NCBI GenBank assembly: GCA_002897775.1
Contig: BDTR01000030.1
Coordinates: forward strand, 128,070-192,069
DNA: 64,000 nt
Direction of reading: 5' to 3'
Source: a bacterium BMS3Bbin08
GTDB lineage: Bacteria; Nitrospirota; Thermodesulfovibrionia; UBA6902; BMS3Bbin08
This document shows positions 62,087-64,000 of the stretch, one piece after another (position 1 is the stretch's first letter; every line of letters starts with the position of its first letter). The translations under genes were made by a program, and so were the position numbers. The notes under the pieces were generated by a model that worked only from the letters and a program-made list of their open reading frames with translations, had not been told where the DNA came from and did not search any database.

Positions 62087-63166
62087 TTAATTTTTAGGCT
62101 CGCGTTTTGATTTCCCGCGCCATGTTGTGCCGCCTTTTATCTGCCACTTGATGCCGTCCCTCTTCCTGCCGATCGTTTCGATCAGCGCGAGGAACATCAG
62201 GCCGAAAATAGTGCTGTAAAGCGCTCCTCTTAAACCCAGGTTCATAAAAAACAAGATTGGCTTTTTATTATTGATACTGGAATGAACATCGATCTGGATA
62301 AACCTTTCATTAACCTTCCTATGACATTGTCGACAGATCTTGGCACGGTTAGCCGGGTTGATCGTGGCTTTTTGGTTGTCTTTTTTATAGATATCATGTA
62401 TCGCGCTTGTCGCATGGCAGCTTATACAGTCAGCGGTTTGCTGGGAACCAAGCGCCACTGCCTTGCCGTGAATTGATTCGTTATAGGTCTCGACCGCCTC
62501 CACGCTTTCTTTTGAGACATTGAATTTTTTCATCTTCTCCACATCTTCATGACAGTTCTTGGAGCATAATTGTACGATTTCCTGGGGTGAGCGTGAAGTT
62601 TTGTGAGCAAGCCTGTGAGTAACATGCTTATACGCCTGGGTAACGCCTTTTTTCTCATGGCAGTTAAAACATCTGGCCAGGGTTTTTTCATAAGAAATAC
62701 GCTTTTCGGAAACCCTCGTGTAGATAGGGTTCAGATGACAGTATTTACAATACGGCTTAGCCAGTTTCAGGTCAGGCGAGTCATTCTCTTTTATAGCGTG
62801 GACGCTCTTGTTATAAATATTTATGATCTTCCTGTGAGAAAAGTTCTCCTTCGCGAACGGCGGCTTGATGTGGCATTCGTTAGCGCAGCTTACCTCTTCG
62901 GTCACAGGGTCGTGCGGGAGCCTGGTGATATACGTGTGACAGTCCCTGCAGGGAACGTTCCTGTGGACGGTGTTCGCGTAGATATTTTCATTCACATTGT
63001 AATTCTTTTTTCTGCCCTGTTCGTCGATCCTTCCAAGCTGCCTGTACTTATGGCACATTAGGCAGTTTTCCTTGTCCGCGGCCTCTGCCCGGAAGCCAAA
63101 GGATAACACCATAAGCAACATCAGGAAGTATAAAGAAGGTTTTATGAAAATTTTTGATAACTTCAA
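62087..63166 (-). CDS. multiheme c-type cytochrome (8 sites, two of CxxxCH type) with a C-terminal TM anchor
   Basis: CLMCH, CRDCH, CANECH, CKYCH, CFNCH, CSKNCH, CISCH, CRQCH. Confidence 0.85.
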   Translation of the reverse strand: MKLSKIFIKPSLYFLMLLMVLSFGFRAEAADKENCLMCHKYRQLGRIDEQGRKKNYNVNENIYANTVHRNVPCRDCHTYITRLPHDPVTEEVSCANECHIKPPFAKENFSHRKIINIYNKSVHAIKENDSPDLKLAKPYCKYCHLNPIYTRVSEKRISYEKTLARCFNCHEKKGVTQAYKHVTHRLAHKTSRSPQEIVQLCSKNCHEDVEKMKKFNVSKESVEAVETYNESIHGKAVALGSQQTADCISCHATSAIHDIYKKDNQKATINPANRAKICRQCHRKVNERFIQIDVHSSINNKKPILFFMNLGLRGALYSTIFGLMFLALIETIGRKRDGIKWQIKGGTTWRGKSKREPKN

Positions 63167-63194
63167 ATCTTGCCCCTCCTTATTATATATTTAT

Positions 63195-63995
63195 CTATTT
63201 TTGATGACACGCCATGCACATTCGGCCCGGCAGACGAAGCCTGTATTTTTCATCGGCGCCTTTTGCCCCTTTCCGGGCGGCGGGTATCACGCCTTTTTCA
63301 TGGGGGTTATGACAGGTAACACAGGTGATCTTTCCATTATCAAGAGGAAGAACTATGTTGAACTGTTTCTCACCCTGTTTCATTACTTTTAAGGTCATGG
63401 CAGAGGGCTTGCGCAGGTGGTCCGCGTTTGCCGGGTGATCCCGCTCGCCATGACACCTCTGGCACAGTACCTCCAGGTTGCCGACAAGTTTCACATCCTT
63501 AAAGCGCGCGTGTTTTTCGTCAGGCTTTTCCACGTGACAGTACAGGCACTTTTCTACGACTATATCTCCGTTCTTGGTCAGCTGGTTATGAGGGTCAAGC
63601 ATCTTGTACTTGCGTTCATCATGGCACCTGAAACATAAGTCAGTCCTTTTTGCGAACGGAGCCCCCCTTAAAAACCTTTTATTCAGAACTTTTAAACGAT
63701 CTTTCCCCTCGCACTGCATAGAAATATCATGACATGTTAAACATGTGAGCTTTCCGTCTTCAAGAGGAAGGTCCTTGGGGATCACCTTCTTTTTTTCATC
63801 GGACGGCACAATGTTCACAGGATGGATATAGGTGCCCGGCGTATAGCCGTGGCACCTGCACAGCTGGGTGTAGTCACCTGCGAACTTCAAAAACTTCTTC
63901 CCGCCTTTTTTAGGGACCTTTTCATGACATTCCGGGCAGTACTTGCCCGTGTAATGCACATCAGTGGTTTCCGGCAAAGTCTCTACGGCTGTCAC
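63195..63995 (-). CDS. multiheme c-type cytochrome (at least 7 CxxCH); the N-terminus probably runs off the window
   Basis: CPECH, CLTCH, CFRCH, CLYCH, CQRCH, CVTCH, CMACH. No signal peptide within the window. Confidence 0.75.
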   Translation of the reverse strand: MTAVETLPETTDVHYTGKYCPECHEKVPKKGGKKFLKFAGDYTQLCRCHGYTPGTYIHPVNIVPSDEKKKVIPKDLPLEDGKLTCLTCHDISMQCEGKDRLKVLNKRFLRGAPFAKRTDLCFRCHDERKYKMLDPHNQLTKNGDIVVEKCLYCHVEKPDEKHARFKDVKLVGNLEVLCQRCHGERDHPANADHLRKPSAMTLKVMKQGEKQFNIVLPLDNGKITCVTCHNPHEKGVIPAARKGAKGADEKYRLRLPGRMCMACHQK

Positions 63996-64000
63996 TGGTT

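Overview
This 64 kb window comes from an anaerobe-like bacterial chromosome at roughly 45-50% GC. The organism call rests on the multiheme cytochromes, a ThiH-type radical SAM enzyme and an MglA-like GTPase.

Layout, left to right:
- **1-19.9 kb, housekeeping and signalling.** M16 peptidase (partial), pnp, rpsO, a SurA/PrsA-like isomerase, mfd, an RfaE-II-like nucleotidyltransferase, deoB, cobO, tRNA-Gly(CCC), secA, a GAF-GGDEF protein, a PAS-GAF-GAF sensor, an MglA-like GTPase, pabB/trpE-family, pyrF and dcd.
- **20.0-36.0 kb, mosaic defence island.**
  - Two decayed copies of the cas3 5' end flank a MNT/HepT toxin-antitoxin pair and a DinD/Bro-N gene.
  - A complete type I-C CRISPR-Cas operon follows (cas3-cas5c-cas8c-cas7c-[extra gene]-cas4-cas1-cas2). 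The extra gene encodes a four-helix-bundle (23S rRNA IVS/Avd-like) protein, translationally coupled between cas7 and cas4.
  - The 16-repeat array has a 36-bp palindromic insertion at a fixed position in its terminal repeat.
  - The distal array is broken up by toxin-antitoxin cassettes: HEPN/MNT, AbiEi/AbiEii (AbiEii fused to a WYL-like domain and a zinc ribbon), and VapBC.
  - Two relic hsdM 5' fragments flank the AbiE module.
  - Two further repeat remnants carry insertions at the same repeat position.
- **36.1-41.0 kb, thiamine operon.** A TPP riboswitch and terminator precede thiH-like-thiS-thiG-thiE-thiC.
- **41-56 kb, mixed.** A methyltransferase, a nucleotidyltransferase-fold pair, DUF488, two tandem MshEN-like small proteins, HAD hydrolases, rho, a 739-aa unknown protein, arfB, TauE, a TupA-like binding protein, HicAB and an OYE-family reductase.
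- **56.3-64.0 kb, cytochrome cluster.** All minus strand: multiheme c-type cytochromes with 4, 18, 3, 8 and at least 7 haems, a cytochrome b and an NHL-repeat protein.

Several small dispersed repeat families occupy intergenic regions: a ~110-nt element, GTAG heptads with a hairpin, ATAACGA heptads, and a CCTGCCTGCCGG...GGCAGG palindrome. The palindrome family is the one found inserted into the CRISPR repeats.
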